Of a stretch of DNA of 64,000 nucleotides, positions 39,336 to 48,179 are shown in pieces. Numbering within the stretch: the stretch's first letter is position 1; each line of letters begins with the position of its first letter. Below the pieces are notes generated by a model. It saw nothing but the letters and a program-made list of their open reading frames with translations, was not told the origin of the DNA and made no database searches. This DNA is from Acidimicrobiales bacterium (lineage in GTDB: Bacteria > Actinomycetota > Acidimicrobiia > Acidimicrobiales > Aldehydirespiratoraceae). A program made the translations under genes and the position numbers. The stretch covers positions 2,851 to 66,850 of the forward strand of contig JAJCXZ010000081.1 of the NCBI GenBank assembly GCA_029263175.1, in the 5' to 3' direction.

Positions 39336-39839
39336 TCACCCCAAGCGCTCGACGACGCGCCCGGCACCCAACGGGTCAGCCATGAGCGCCCGCAGCGACA
39401 TCCCCAGGCCGTAGGTGACGAACCGCCGCGGGAGAGGGATTCGGAGGAAGCAACCGTCGGCGAGTTCGAGCTCGCCGTGTCCGGTGATCTTCGTGAGTTC
39501 GCCTCGCTCCACCAGCTCAGTCAGGATGGGCGAGTCGGGGCTGAGGATCTCAGCCGTCGACTGAAACTGAATCGTGGACGGCGGGCCGACGGGGATACGG
39601 CGAACCGGAACGGTGATGGCCACCGTCGGGTTCGCGGCGATGTTGCGGGCCTTGCGGCTCGGACGCAAGGTCGAGATGAAGAGCGTATCGTCGGCTAGGG
39701 CGTAAATCACGCCGGCCACGTGCGCCCGCTCCCGCGTGGATGTCGTGGCCAGCGTGGCGAACGAGCGGCGGGCGAGGGCTCGCTCGATCTGTCTGTCGAC
39801 TGGAGATGATTCTGAAGTTGTTGTTGGCATGACGTCCAT
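39336..39839 (-). CDS. pyridoxamine 5'-phosphate oxidase (PPOX/F420-binding split-barrel) family protein
   Basis: FATLATTS..RAHVAGVIY..LFIST..SRKARNIAANP pattern. Confidence 0.7.
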   Translation of the reverse strand: MDVMPTTTSESSPVDRQIERALARRSFATLATTSTRERAHVAGVIYALADDTLFISTLRPSRKARNIAANPTVAITVPVRRIPVGPPSTIQFQSTAEILSPDSPILTELVERGELTKITGHGELELADGCFLRIPLPRRFVTYGLGMSLRALMADPLGAGRVVERLG

Positions 39840-39893
39840 GCTTCCGGTTGTCTGCCGGCGTGTCCATGCTCATATCCCCTTGTTTCATGCTCA
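39835..39893. promoter_or_regulatory. three direct repeats T[CT]CATGCT(CA) in the PPOX/AraC divergent region
   Basis: Copies begin at 39835, 39863 and 39884 (28- and 21-nt spacing); candidate AraC-type operator, unproven. Confidence 0.25.
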
Positions 39894-39914
39894 AACGTCC
39901 ACAGAGCTGGACGA

Positions 39915-40889
39915 ATGGTCTTCATCCGGGCAACCATGGCGCCCATGACCGTGTTCGATCCCCCGATTGCACCTCTCAGCGAGGCGCTGCGTTGCGTGCA
40001 GGTGTCGGGTGTGTTCTATTGCCCGTCAGAGCTCAGCGAGCCGTGGGGCGTGGAACTGCCGCCAATGGACGACTGTGTCTGGTTCCATGCCGTGATCGAA
40101 GGGAGCTGCACGCTCGAGGTCGAGGGGCAGATCCAGGAGATCCGGGCCGGGGATCTGATCGTGATTCCCCACGGCTCCGGTCATCGGGCATGGGGTGCGG
40201 AGCCAGCACCAACTCCATCAGTGTTCGACTTGCCTCACGACCACGTGAACGAGCAGTACGCGGTGCTTCGCCACGGTGGCGGGGGAGAGATGACTCGGCT
40301 TGTCTGCGGCGGCGTCCGCCTGCACCACCCTGCGGCGCGGCCGTTGATCGATGCCTTGCCGGCGGTGATCCACACGGAGCCGGTGGGTTCGGCGCGGTCG
40401 GATTGGATCTGGTCGACGCTTGAACTGATCGCTGAGGAGACTCGAACAGTGCGCCCCGGCGGCGAAGCGGTGGTGAGCCGGCTCTGCGACATCGTCGTCA
40501 TCCAGGCGATCCGATCGTGGATGGATCGAGACCCGGCGGCCCGTGTCGGCTGGCTCGGTGCGCTGCGCGATCCACAGGTCGGCGGAGTCATCGCCGCGAT
40601 CCACGCGGACCCAGCCGCCGATTGGACCGTTGCCGCCCTCGCCGAGGTCGCGGCAATGTCGAGATCGGCCTTCGCGTCTCGTTTCACCGGTCTCGTCGGC
40701 GAATCCGCAATGCGCTACGTCGCCCGTTGGCGCATGGCCGTCGCCGCCGACCTCTTGGCGGAAAGCGGTACCACCGTCGGCGGCGCCGCGGCAGCAGTTG
40801 GGTACGACTCCGAGGCGGCGTTCAGCCGGGCGTTCAAGAGGGTCACGGGCGCGAACCCGCGTGAATCGAAGCGGTCGCTGACCCAGTAG
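39915..40889 (+). CDS. AraC family transcriptional regulator (cupin-like N-domain)
   Basis: C-terminal double HTH (AALAEVAAMSRSAFASRFTGLVGESAMRYV..., GYDSEAAFSRAFKR); start may be ATG 39936. Confidence 0.85.
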   Translation: MVFIRATMAPMTVFDPPIAPLSEALRCVQVSGVFYCPSELSEPWGVELPPMDDCVWFHAVIEGSCTLEVEGQIQEIRAGDLIVIPHGSGHRAWGAEPAPTPSVFDLPHDHVNEQYAVLRHGGGGEMTRLVCGGVRLHHPAARPLIDALPAVIHTEPVGSARSDWIWSTLELIAEETRTVRPGGEAVVSRLCDIVVIQAIRSWMDRDPAARVGWLGALRDPQVGGVIAAIHADPAADWTVAALAEVAAMSRSAFASRFTGLVGESAMRYVARWRMAVAADLLAESGTTVGGAAAAVGYDSEAAFSRAFKRVTGANPRESKRSLTQ

Positions 40890-40969
40890 GCCAAAAGTCT
40901 CAAAGGACCTGGGCCGAAATACCTACAGGTCGCTCCTGCACCGTCCGAAACCTTCCGTGACCTGGGAGG

Positions 40970-42841
40970 GTGGAATTGGCTCCTGTAGCACCGCGGCATC
41001 GTCCGGACGATCATGAGATCCCCGACGGCATGACGCTGCTCTACGCGGATCTACCTGAACGGCCCGAACCACCGGCGGAGCGGAGTCGGGTCGAGCTCAT
41101 GCTCGGCGTCGTCGCCACGGTGGGTGCCGCCACAGTCGGCGCCCGAGTCGTGGGCGACGTGTTCGGGTCCGCCGGCGCTCCCCGCCGGTCGCACCGCGAG
41201 TATGCCGGAGCGGAAACCGTCGCTGGGTTCGTTGGCCTCGAGCGTGTCGTCGGCCCCGACCAGGCAGTGCTTCGGTTGGACGATGTGCCGATCGTCGAAT
41301 ACGCACCGATCAGCGCCGACGACGACGCCCGCTCGGTCGTGGACTCGGCCCCGCTACCGGCGCCTCTGCCCAGCACGGGCACGCCGCCCAAGTCACTACC
41401 GGTCGCTCCGGCGCCCACCGAATCCGCCCCGAAACCACCCGCCCCGACAACGAGTACCACGGTGCCCGCCAGCACAGTTCCGGCCACCACGGTCCCCTCA
41501 ACCAACCCGACGACCAGCGTTCCGCCAACCACCGCCCCGACAACTACGACGTCACCGACAACGACAGCCCCGCCCGCTGACGTTGAGCCGCCGGATGAGA
41601 TTCGCAGTCTCGCCCTGGTGGCCGGGTTCAACTTGACGTCGCAGATGGCGGGGACGATTGACGCCGTCGGCTTTGAGGGGTGGGTCGACATGCAGCTCGA
41701 CCCCTCGACGACTCCTGACCCTGTCGTCGACGCCGTGGTGGCCGATTTCGACCTGCTTGACGCCGACCCGGAACACCTTCGGGCCAACGGGCTCGGCCCC
41801 GCTGCGCTCTCGCAGACACGATGGGCCGGATTTGCCCGAACGCTGGTCGGGGAACGCCAGGTTGTGGAGACAGTGGTGTCGTTGTGGCGGGAGTTCTTCG
41901 CCGTTCGTGCACCGGAGGCCGATCTCGTCGAACTCGAGCAGGTCATCCGAAAACACGCCCTCGGCGGCTATGCCGTCCTGCTCGACGCTGTCGTCGGTTC
42001 GGCGGCCACTCGCTCTGCGTTCGCGCTCCCGGCGGAGCCGTCGGTCGAGCAGATCGTCGACAGCAACCTGGCCCGCACCGTCCTCGAACGGTTCGCCTAT
42101 GGCGATCCGGAGAGATTCGACGAAGTGGCGATTGATCGTGCAGCCGCGGCGCTCGCCGACGACCCGCTCGGGTTCGTCACCGTACTGGTGGCCGAGCCGG
42201 CGGTCGTTTCCAACATCAGTGGGCTCCTGGCCCGCCGGCTTCTCGGCGATGGGGTCGGCGCCGACGCGCTTACTGCCGCGGAGGCCGCGTTCGCGTCTTC
42301 GGGCGGTTCGGTCCGTGCGGTCGTGCGTCGGCTCCTGCTCGATGGCGTCGGGCTCGCTGACCCCAGCCGGATTCGCAGCGGCACGGGGTGGCTCACGGCA
42401 GGTCTCAGGTCGCTTGGGGCTGATGTCATGATCGGCGGCCCGTGGGACCCGGCCGATCCTGGTTCGCTGCCAGGGCTTCTCCGTCTTCTCGATGCCGAGC
42501 CTGGCACCGGCGTGATTCGTTCCGACGAGGACTGGCTCGCGCCCACGGTGGTCACCGGGCGTTGGCAGATCGCCCGCTCATTGACGGGCGAAGAGCTGAG
42601 CGACGTGTCTCTCCCGGCCGTCGATCTGCCGGCGGTGGCATCGGCGCGAGAACTCGTCGACGTGATCGCGGAATCGTGTGACGCGGTGCTCTCCGAGGCG
42701 GAGCGTGCTGCCGTCCTGCACTACCTGTCCCTGGATCCGACGCAGCCCGCTCCCGTTTTGGTCGGATCCGAGATCGCGGACGTCAGAGGCCTGATTCTCA
42801 GCTTCCCTTCATTCCAGCGTCGAGACGGAGGCGGGCAGTGA
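40970..42841 (+). CDS. DUF1800-like protein with long Pro/Thr-rich N-terminal region
   Basis: TM segment, about 60-aa P/T/S-rich tract, then DUF1800-type C-terminal domain; paired with DUF1501; start codon uncertain. Confidence 0.6.
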   Translation: MELAPVAPRHRPDDHEIPDGMTLLYADLPERPEPPAERSRVELMLGVVATVGAATVGARVVGDVFGSAGAPRRSHREYAGAETVAGFVGLERVVGPDQAVLRLDDVPIVEYAPISADDDARSVVDSAPLPAPLPSTGTPPKSLPVAPAPTESAPKPPAPTTSTTVPASTVPATTVPSTNPTTSVPPTTAPTTTTSPTTTAPPADVEPPDEIRSLALVAGFNLTSQMAGTIDAVGFEGWVDMQLDPSTTPDPVVDAVVADFDLLDADPEHLRANGLGPAALSQTRWAGFARTLVGERQVVETVVSLWREFFAVRAPEADLVELEQVIRKHALGGYAVLLDAVVGSAATRSAFALPAEPSVEQIVDSNLARTVLERFAYGDPERFDEVAIDRAAAALADDPLGFVTVLVAEPAVVSNISGLLARRLLGDGVGADALTAAEAAFASSGGSVRAVVRRLLLDGVGLADPSRIRSGTGWLTAGLRSLGADVMIGGPWDPADPGSLPGLLRLLDAEPGTGVIRSDEDWLAPTVVTGRWQIARSLTGEELSDVSLPAVDLPAVASARELVDVIAESCDAVLSEAERAAVLHYLSLDPTQPAPVLVGSEIADVRGLILSFPSFQRRDGGGQ

Positions 42842-44124
42842 GTCTCCGCTCACCACAGGCTCTCCGACCCGCTCAAAGGCTGAGTCGCCGTTCGCTGCTC
42901 GGGGGGATGGTCGGCGTCGGTGCCGGCACGATCGCACTACGCCCGACAGCCGCCGGGGCTCAAGGTGACGATGCGGAAGAAGGAGATGACGGCGGCGGAA
43001 CACTCGCTCGAACGGGTGCCGTCGTCGTCGTCCACCTCATCGGCGGGCTCGACGGTCTGTCGCTGGTTGTTCCGCATACAAGCGACGACTACTACCGACT
43101 CCGGCCATCGACTGCGATCGCACGGCCCGGTGAACCTGGTGGTGCGGTTCCCTTTGTCGCGGACTGGGGGCTTCATCCCGCTCTTGCCCCTCTCGTGAAC
43201 GAGGTCGGCACAGACACCTTCGCGGTGGTCGCTGGAGTCGGCCACCCCGACACGCTTCGTAATCGCAGCCATCGCCTCGCGCTGAGGCGCCTCCACCGCG
43301 GCGGTCATCAACGCGGACGCAATGGCTGGGGGACGCGACTCCTCGAGGGTGGTGGTCAGAGCGGCGAACTCGCGTGGACTGCCGACGACGACGGCCACCC
43401 CGTGTTTCGAGGGCTCCGTGGCCTCAACGCGGGACAGGGCTTCGCCTCCCCGACTGCTCAGTTCAATGATCCTGGTCGCGCCGTCGAGGCGCTTGCCGCG
43501 GCCTATGCCGGCACGACTGCGATCGACGCGGCAGGGCGGGAAGCGATCGGCCGGGCCGGGCGGGCGGCGCAGTTTTCGTGGTCGGCGCCTACCGATCGGG
43601 GCTACCCGACCGGGTCGCTCGGGTCGCAGCTTGCCGGAGCGGCCGATGTGTTGCGGTCATCGATCGGTGTTCGGCTCGTTGCTGTCGATCACGAGGGATA
43701 CGACACGCACGCCGATCAGGGCGACGGGATCGGCGGCGTTCTCGCCGTGCGACTCGACGAGTTGGCGACCGCGCTCGCCGCGTTCTGGTCCGACCTGGGT
43801 CCGCTGTCGACTGGTGTGACCGTCGTTGCGGTCAGCGAATTCGGTCGCCGTGTCCAGGAGAACCGCCGCGGCGGCACGAATCACGGTCGTGGTGGCGCCG
43901 CTCTAGTACTCGATCGGTCCGTTGTCAGCGGAATTCATGCGACTCCTGACACGCTTGACCCCGAGCTCGACCGCGGTGCCTGGCCGGTCACGGTCGGGGT
44001 TCACCAGCTGCTCGCCGACGTCATGGCCAGCCGAGGTTTGAACCCCTGGATCGGCGATGATGACGACGCGCCGTTCAGCGACGTGGCTCTCGACGATTCG
44101 GTAGGCGTCATTCGGGCCGGTTGA
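42838..44124 (+). CDS. DUF1501 domain-containing protein (Tat signal)
   Basis: SRRSLLGGMVG twin-arginine signal; SEFGRRVQENRRGGTNHGRGG motif; paralogue of 16702..18009. Confidence 0.8.
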   Translation: MSLRSPQALRPAQRLSRRSLLGGMVGVGAGTIALRPTAAGAQGDDAEEGDDGGGTLARTGAVVVVHLIGGLDGLSLVVPHTSDDYYRLRPSTAIARPGEPGGAVPFVADWGLHPALAPLVNEVGTDTFAVVAGVGHPDTLRNRSHRLALRRLHRGGHQRGRNGWGTRLLEGGGQSGELAWTADDDGHPVFRGLRGLNAGQGFASPTAQFNDPGRAVEALAAAYAGTTAIDAAGREAIGRAGRAAQFSWSAPTDRGYPTGSLGSQLAGAADVLRSSIGVRLVAVDHEGYDTHADQGDGIGGVLAVRLDELATALAAFWSDLGPLSTGVTVVAVSEFGRRVQENRRGGTNHGRGGAALVLDRSVVSGIHATPDTLDPELDRGAWPVTVGVHQLLADVMASRGLNPWIGDDDDAPFSDVALDDSVGVIRAG

Positions 44125-44165
44125 GTTGTTACTATCTGCGTAGGAGAAATTAGTTCGGAGAACTC

Positions 44166-45566
44166 ATGACTACTGCAGAGAACCTCGACCTCGGTAAGTA
44201 CCAGCTTGGCTGGTCTGATGAAGAGGACTACGTCTTCAAGCCCAAGAAGGGCATAAACGAAGGCATCCTGCGCGAAATGTCGTGGCTCAAGGGCGAACCT
44301 CAGTGGATGCTCGACTTCCGTCTGAAGTCCTACAAGCGTTTCGGAAATCGCCCGATGCCCAGCTGGGGCGGCGACATGTCCGGCATCGATTTCAACGATA
44401 TCTACTACTACATCAAGCCCAAGGGCGGCCTGAACGACGATTGGGACGAGGTCCCGGAGTCGATCAAGAACACCTACGAGAAGCTTGGTATCCCCGAGGC
44501 CGAGCGCAAGTATCTCGCCGGTGTCACCGCTCAGTACGAGTCCGAGGTGGTGTACCACCGCAACCGCGAGGACCTCGAGCAGCAGGGTGTCCTCTTCTGC
44601 GACATGGACACGGCACTCAAGGAATACCCGCAGCTCGTCAAGCAGTACTTCGGCAAGATCATTCCGCCGAACGACAACAAGTTCTCCTCGCTCAACAGCT
44701 CCGCCTGGTCGGGCGGCTCGTTCATCTACGTGCCCCCGGGTGTGCAGGTCGAGATGCCGCTGCAGGCCTACTTCCGCATCAACGCGGAGAACATGGGCCA
44801 GTTCGAGCGCACCCTGATCATTGCCGATGAGGGTTCCCAGGTTCACTACATCGAAGGTTGCTCGGCGCCGACCTACACCTCCGACTCGCTGCATTCCGCG
44901 GTGGTCGAAATCGTGGTCAAGCCGTCCGCCCGAGTCACCTACACGACCATCCAGAACTGGTCCGACAACGTCTACAACCTGGTCACCAAGCGGGCCTGGG
45001 TCGAGGCCGAGGGTCACATGGAGTGGATCGACGGCAACATCGGCTCGAAGCTCACGATGAAGTACCCGGCCATTGTGCTCGCCGGTCCGAAGGCTTCGGG
45101 CGAGGTTCTCTCGGTCGCCTACGCCGGCGCCGGTCAGCACCAGGACACCGGTGCCAAGATGACTCACGCCGCGCCGGAGACCACGTCGAAGATCGTGTCG
45201 AAGTCGATCTCCAAGGATGGCGGCCGCACGTCATACCGCGGCCTCGTGCGAGTCGAAGACAACGCCTATGGCTGCAAGAGCCACGTTCAGTGCGATGCGC
45301 TCATCCTCGACGAGGATTCCATCTCCGACACCTATCCGTACATGGAGGTCGGTTCCGGCGACGCAATCATCGGTCACGAGGCCACCGTGTCTCGCGTGGC
45401 CGACGAGCAGCTCTTCTATCTCCAGAGCCGCGGTCTCACCGAGGAGCAGGCGATGAGCATGGTCGTCAACGGCTTCATCGAGCCCATCACGAAGACACTG
45501 CCGATGGAATACGCCGTCGAATGGTCCCGCCTGATCGAACTCCAAATGGAGGGTTCGGTCGGGTAA
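44166..45566 (+). CDS. sufB: Fe-S cluster assembly protein SufB
   Basis: 466-aa ORF with highly conserved SufB blocks ([38 protein letters not shown]). Confidence 0.95.
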   Translation: MTTAENLDLGKYQLGWSDEEDYVFKPKKGINEGILREMSWLKGEPQWMLDFRLKSYKRFGNRPMPSWGGDMSGIDFNDIYYYIKPKGGLNDDWDEVPESIKNTYEKLGIPEAERKYLAGVTAQYESEVVYHRNREDLEQQGVLFCDMDTALKEYPQLVKQYFGKIIPPNDNKFSSLNSSAWSGGSFIYVPPGVQVEMPLQAYFRINAENMGQFERTLIIADEGSQVHYIEGCSAPTYTSDSLHSAVVEIVVKPSARVTYTTIQNWSDNVYNLVTKRAWVEAEGHMEWIDGNIGSKLTMKYPAIVLAGPKASGEVLSVAYAGAGQHQDTGAKMTHAAPETTSKIVSKSISKDGGRTSYRGLVRVEDNAYGCKSHVQCDALILDEDSISDTYPYMEVGSGDAIIGHEATVSRVADEQLFYLQSRGLTEEQAMSMVVNGFIEPITKTLPMEYAVEWSRLIELQMEGSVG

Positions 45567-45597
45567 ATCACACTGGGGACAGACCCCAGCGTGACTT
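45565..45597. repeat. REP-like palindromic element, TCAC-arm variant
   Basis: AAATCACACTGGGG-ACAGA-CCCCAGCGTGACTT immediately after the sufB TAA. Confidence 0.75.
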
Positions 45598-45624
45598 GGT
45601 CCGCAACGCGCGTGGTTCCATGGG

Positions 45625-47205
45625 CTAGCTCCAGGCCTTGGCCGGGTCGTCGATTTCGATGACGTCGTTGTCTTCGCTGAAGGCGACGAATCGGTCGAAG
45701 CCGCGCAGAAACCAGCGATCGTGGGTGACACAGACGACGGTGCCTTCGAAGATGTCGAGGCCGGTTTCGAGTGCCTCGGCGGAGGCGACGTCGAGATTGT
45801 CGGTGGGTTCGTCGAGCAGCAGCAGGTTTGCGCCGTCGATCTCGAGTAACAGGATCTGGAAGCGAGCCTGCTGGCCGCCAGAGAGCGTCTCGAAGGTCTG
45901 CTCGGCGGCGAAGTTGAGCTCGTACCGGCGCAGACGGGCCATCGCGGGACCCCGGGCGATCTCGCGTTTGGCCAACACGTCGAGCAGCGTCATTCCCACC
46001 AACTCGGGGTGATCATGCGTCTGATTGAACAGGCCCGGCACCACGCGGGCGCCGAGGCGCCAGTCGCCGGAGTGCCGTACGTCGCTACCGCCCAAAAGTC
46101 GCAGGAAGTGGGACTTGCCGGTGCCGTTGCGGCCGACGACGGCCACCCGTTCGCCGAACCAGATCTCCAGATCGAATGGATAGGTCAGGTCGGTGAGCTC
46201 GAGTTGCTCGACGATCACGACCCGCTTACCGGTGCGTCCACCTTCGAGCCGCATGTCGATCTTCTGCTCGCGGGCGGCTTCGGGCGGCGGCCCGTCCTCG
46301 TCGAAGTGACGGAGGCGCGTCTCCGCGGCCCGGGCGCGGCTTGCGTTGGCGTCGCTCATCGCGGCGCGGCGCTTCTGCTCGCGCATGTGGTTGACGAGCC
46401 GCTTTCGCTCCATGCCCCAGCGGCGCTGCTCTTCGCTGATGAGCTCGATCCGGTGCTCACGCGCCTCACGCCACGTCTTGAACGATTCGCCGTGCGTCCA
46501 TGCGCCCTTCGCCTCGATGGTCACGACCTTGTGTGATGTCTCGGCAAGGAGTTCGCGATCGTGGCTGACATAGAGGATCGTCTTCGGTGAGGCGTTGAGC
46601 CGGTCGCTCAACCATTCCTTGCCGGGGACGTCCAGGAAGTTGTCAGGTTCGTCGAGAAGGAGGACATCGTGCTCGCTGCGGAGGAGCATCTCCAAAGCCA
46701 GGCGCTTCTGCTCACCGCCGGAGAACGTGGCCATCGAACGGTTCTCGACCTCCCGCCAGGACAGGTCCACCACTCGGTGGGCGCATTCCTGCCAGAGGAT
46801 CTCGATGTCGTAGCCGCCGGCGCTCTCCCAGTGCTCCAACGCGGCGGCGTACTTCATGCCGTCGTCGTCACCTGCGGCCATGCGGGCCTCAGCGCGGACG
46901 AGCCGCTCGGCCGCGGTGTTGATCGCGGGGCTGGCCAAGGAGAGGTAGAGGTCACGAACCGTTGATGACTTGTCCAGCGAGCCCACCAGCTGGGTCATCA
47001 CGCCGAGTGAACCATCAATGGAGATCGTGCCCTCTCGAGCCGGAATCGTGCCTGCGATCAAACGCATCACGGTGCTCTTGCCCGCCCCATTGGCACCGAC
47101 GAGCGCGACGTGTTCCCCGTTGCCGACGCGGAACGACACATCGTCGAGCAGTGACTGTCCGCCAGGAATCGACCATCCAAGATGGCTCACTTGGATGGAA
47201 CCCAT
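45625..47205 (-). CDS. ABC-F family ATPase (two ABC cassettes, no TM domain)
   Basis: Start ATG 47205 (MGSIQVSHLG...); GANGAGKST / GRNGTGKSH Walker A, two LSGG(E/Q)Q signatures, Arg/Lys-rich linker. Confidence 0.85.
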   Translation of the reverse strand: MGSIQVSHLGWSIPGGQSLLDDVSFRVGNGEHVALVGANGAGKSTVMRLIAGTIPAREGTISIDGSLGVMTQLVGSLDKSSTVRDLYLSLASPAINTAAERLVRAEARMAAGDDDGMKYAAALEHWESAGGYDIEILWQECAHRVVDLSWREVENRSMATFSGGEQKRLALEMLLRSEHDVLLLDEPDNFLDVPGKEWLSDRLNASPKTILYVSHDRELLAETSHKVVTIEAKGAWTHGESFKTWREAREHRIELISEEQRRWGMERKRLVNHMREQKRRAAMSDANASRARAAETRLRHFDEDGPPPEAAREQKIDMRLEGGRTGKRVVIVEQLELTDLTYPFDLEIWFGERVAVVGRNGTGKSHFLRLLGGSDVRHSGDWRLGARVVPGLFNQTHDHPELVGMTLLDVLAKREIARGPAMARLRRYELNFAAEQTFETLSGGQQARFQILLLEIDGANLLLLDEPTDNLDVASAEALETGLDIFEGTVVCVTHDRWFLRGFDRFVAFSEDNDVIEIDDPAKAWS

Positions 47206-47265
47206 CTGGCCACGGTAGCGGTAGGCCGCCCGAGTAGCAGGGGCATTTCGGGCCACACTGTCGGC

Positions 47266-47545
47266 ATGGATGGTGAGTGGACAGCACACGGCGAGCGGCC
47301 GATCTACGAATCGGAGTGGATGTCGCTTCGAATGGTCGACGTCGAGACGCCTGCGGGCAAGCGGTCCGATCACCACGTTCTGCGGATGCCCAATGATGCT
47401 GCGGCCCGAGAATGCCTCGAAGAGACCGGCTGGGATCCTGGCCCCACCGAGCCCTTCACGCGACATCCCCGCCCTCGTGAGGACCGGCGAAATCGGCGAC
47501 GGTCTGTCGGTTGTGGCCCTTCTTGGCGAGCTGGCAGGGATCTGA
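47266..47545 (+). pseudogene. decayed Nudix hydrolase remnant (internal deletions plus frameshift)
   Basis: Frame 1: GERPIYESEWMSLRMVDVETPAGKRSDHHVLRMP then directly ARECLEETGW (partial Nudix box). Frame 2: DIPALVRTGEIGDGLSVVALL (typical C-terminus). About 280 bp instead of roughly 550 bp. Confidence 0.5.
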
Positions 47546-47605
47546 CCAACGCACGCTGGGGTCTGCGTTGTCGCAGCGAGGACGCTGTCCCCAGTGTGCG
47601 TTCGG
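47546..47605. repeat. REP-like element with about 20 nt inserted in the loop
   Basis: CCAACGCACGCTGGGGTCTG-[CGTTGTCGCAGCGAGGACGC]-TGTCCCCAGTGTGCGTTCGG; the insert is itself an imperfect hairpin. Confidence 0.7.
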
Positions 47606-47640
47606 GGACCGGCGCCGGAAGGGCTGCGTCATGCGCCACA

Positions 47641-48129
47641 ATGGACGCCATGCCAATGCGCCAGGACTGCAAGTTCTTCGAGTCCCGCACCTACGCCAAC
47701 GGCGACACGGTGCGGAAATGCGATCTCGATCTCGCTCCCGAAGCGCCGTGGCGTTGTCCCGCCGACTGCCCGGCGTATACCCGCCGCATGGCTGATGTGA
47801 ACTGGGCTCATGGTTCGCTCGTCACACCGGAAACACCGCCCGAACCGAAGAGCCTCGGCGAGGACGACTCGATCGCCGCTCTGCTCGACGCGGCCGAAGA
47901 CATCATCAACGATGCCGTCCCGAGCACAATCGCGGACCTCGAAGAGGAGCGCCGCAAACGGGACAAGAAGGGCATCCGACTCCCCGGCAGAGGCAAGAAG
48001 GCGAAGGCTGGAAAGCAGGAATCGGCCAAGCAGAAGCCCACGAAGAAGCCGGCCAAGAAGAAGTCGCCGAAGAACAACGGTGAGAGTCTCGGCGAACGTA
48101 TGCGCCGCCGATATCGCGAGGGTCGGTAG
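47641..48129 (+). CDS. hypothetical protein: Cys-rich N-domain plus Lys-rich basic tail
   Basis: MDAMPMRQDCKFF...RKCDL...WRCPADCPAY then KKGIRLPGRGKKAKAGKQESAKQKPTKKPAKKKSPK; start uncertain (47641 or 47650). Confidence 0.5.
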   Translation: MDAMPMRQDCKFFESRTYANGDTVRKCDLDLAPEAPWRCPADCPAYTRRMADVNWAHGSLVTPETPPEPKSLGEDDSIAALLDAAEDIINDAVPSTIADLEEERRKRDKKGIRLPGRGKKAKAGKQESAKQKPTKKPAKKKSPKNNGESLGERMRRRYREGR

Positions 48130-48179
48130 CCCCGAATCCGTCGTTGGGAATTAGCACTGTCCAGATAGGATAAATCCCC

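Noticed and set aside
44001-45167. 388-aa minus-strand ORF over sufB (and similarly 48438..49655 over sufD)
   Set aside because: SufB and SufD on the plus strand are unmistakable; the antisense ORFs show no recognisable motifs.
47182-48129. 315-aa ORF treated as a single gene
   Set aside because: It is a composite. The first part is a Nudix remnant, the middle reads through a REP element, and only the last about 160 aa look like a genuine small protein.
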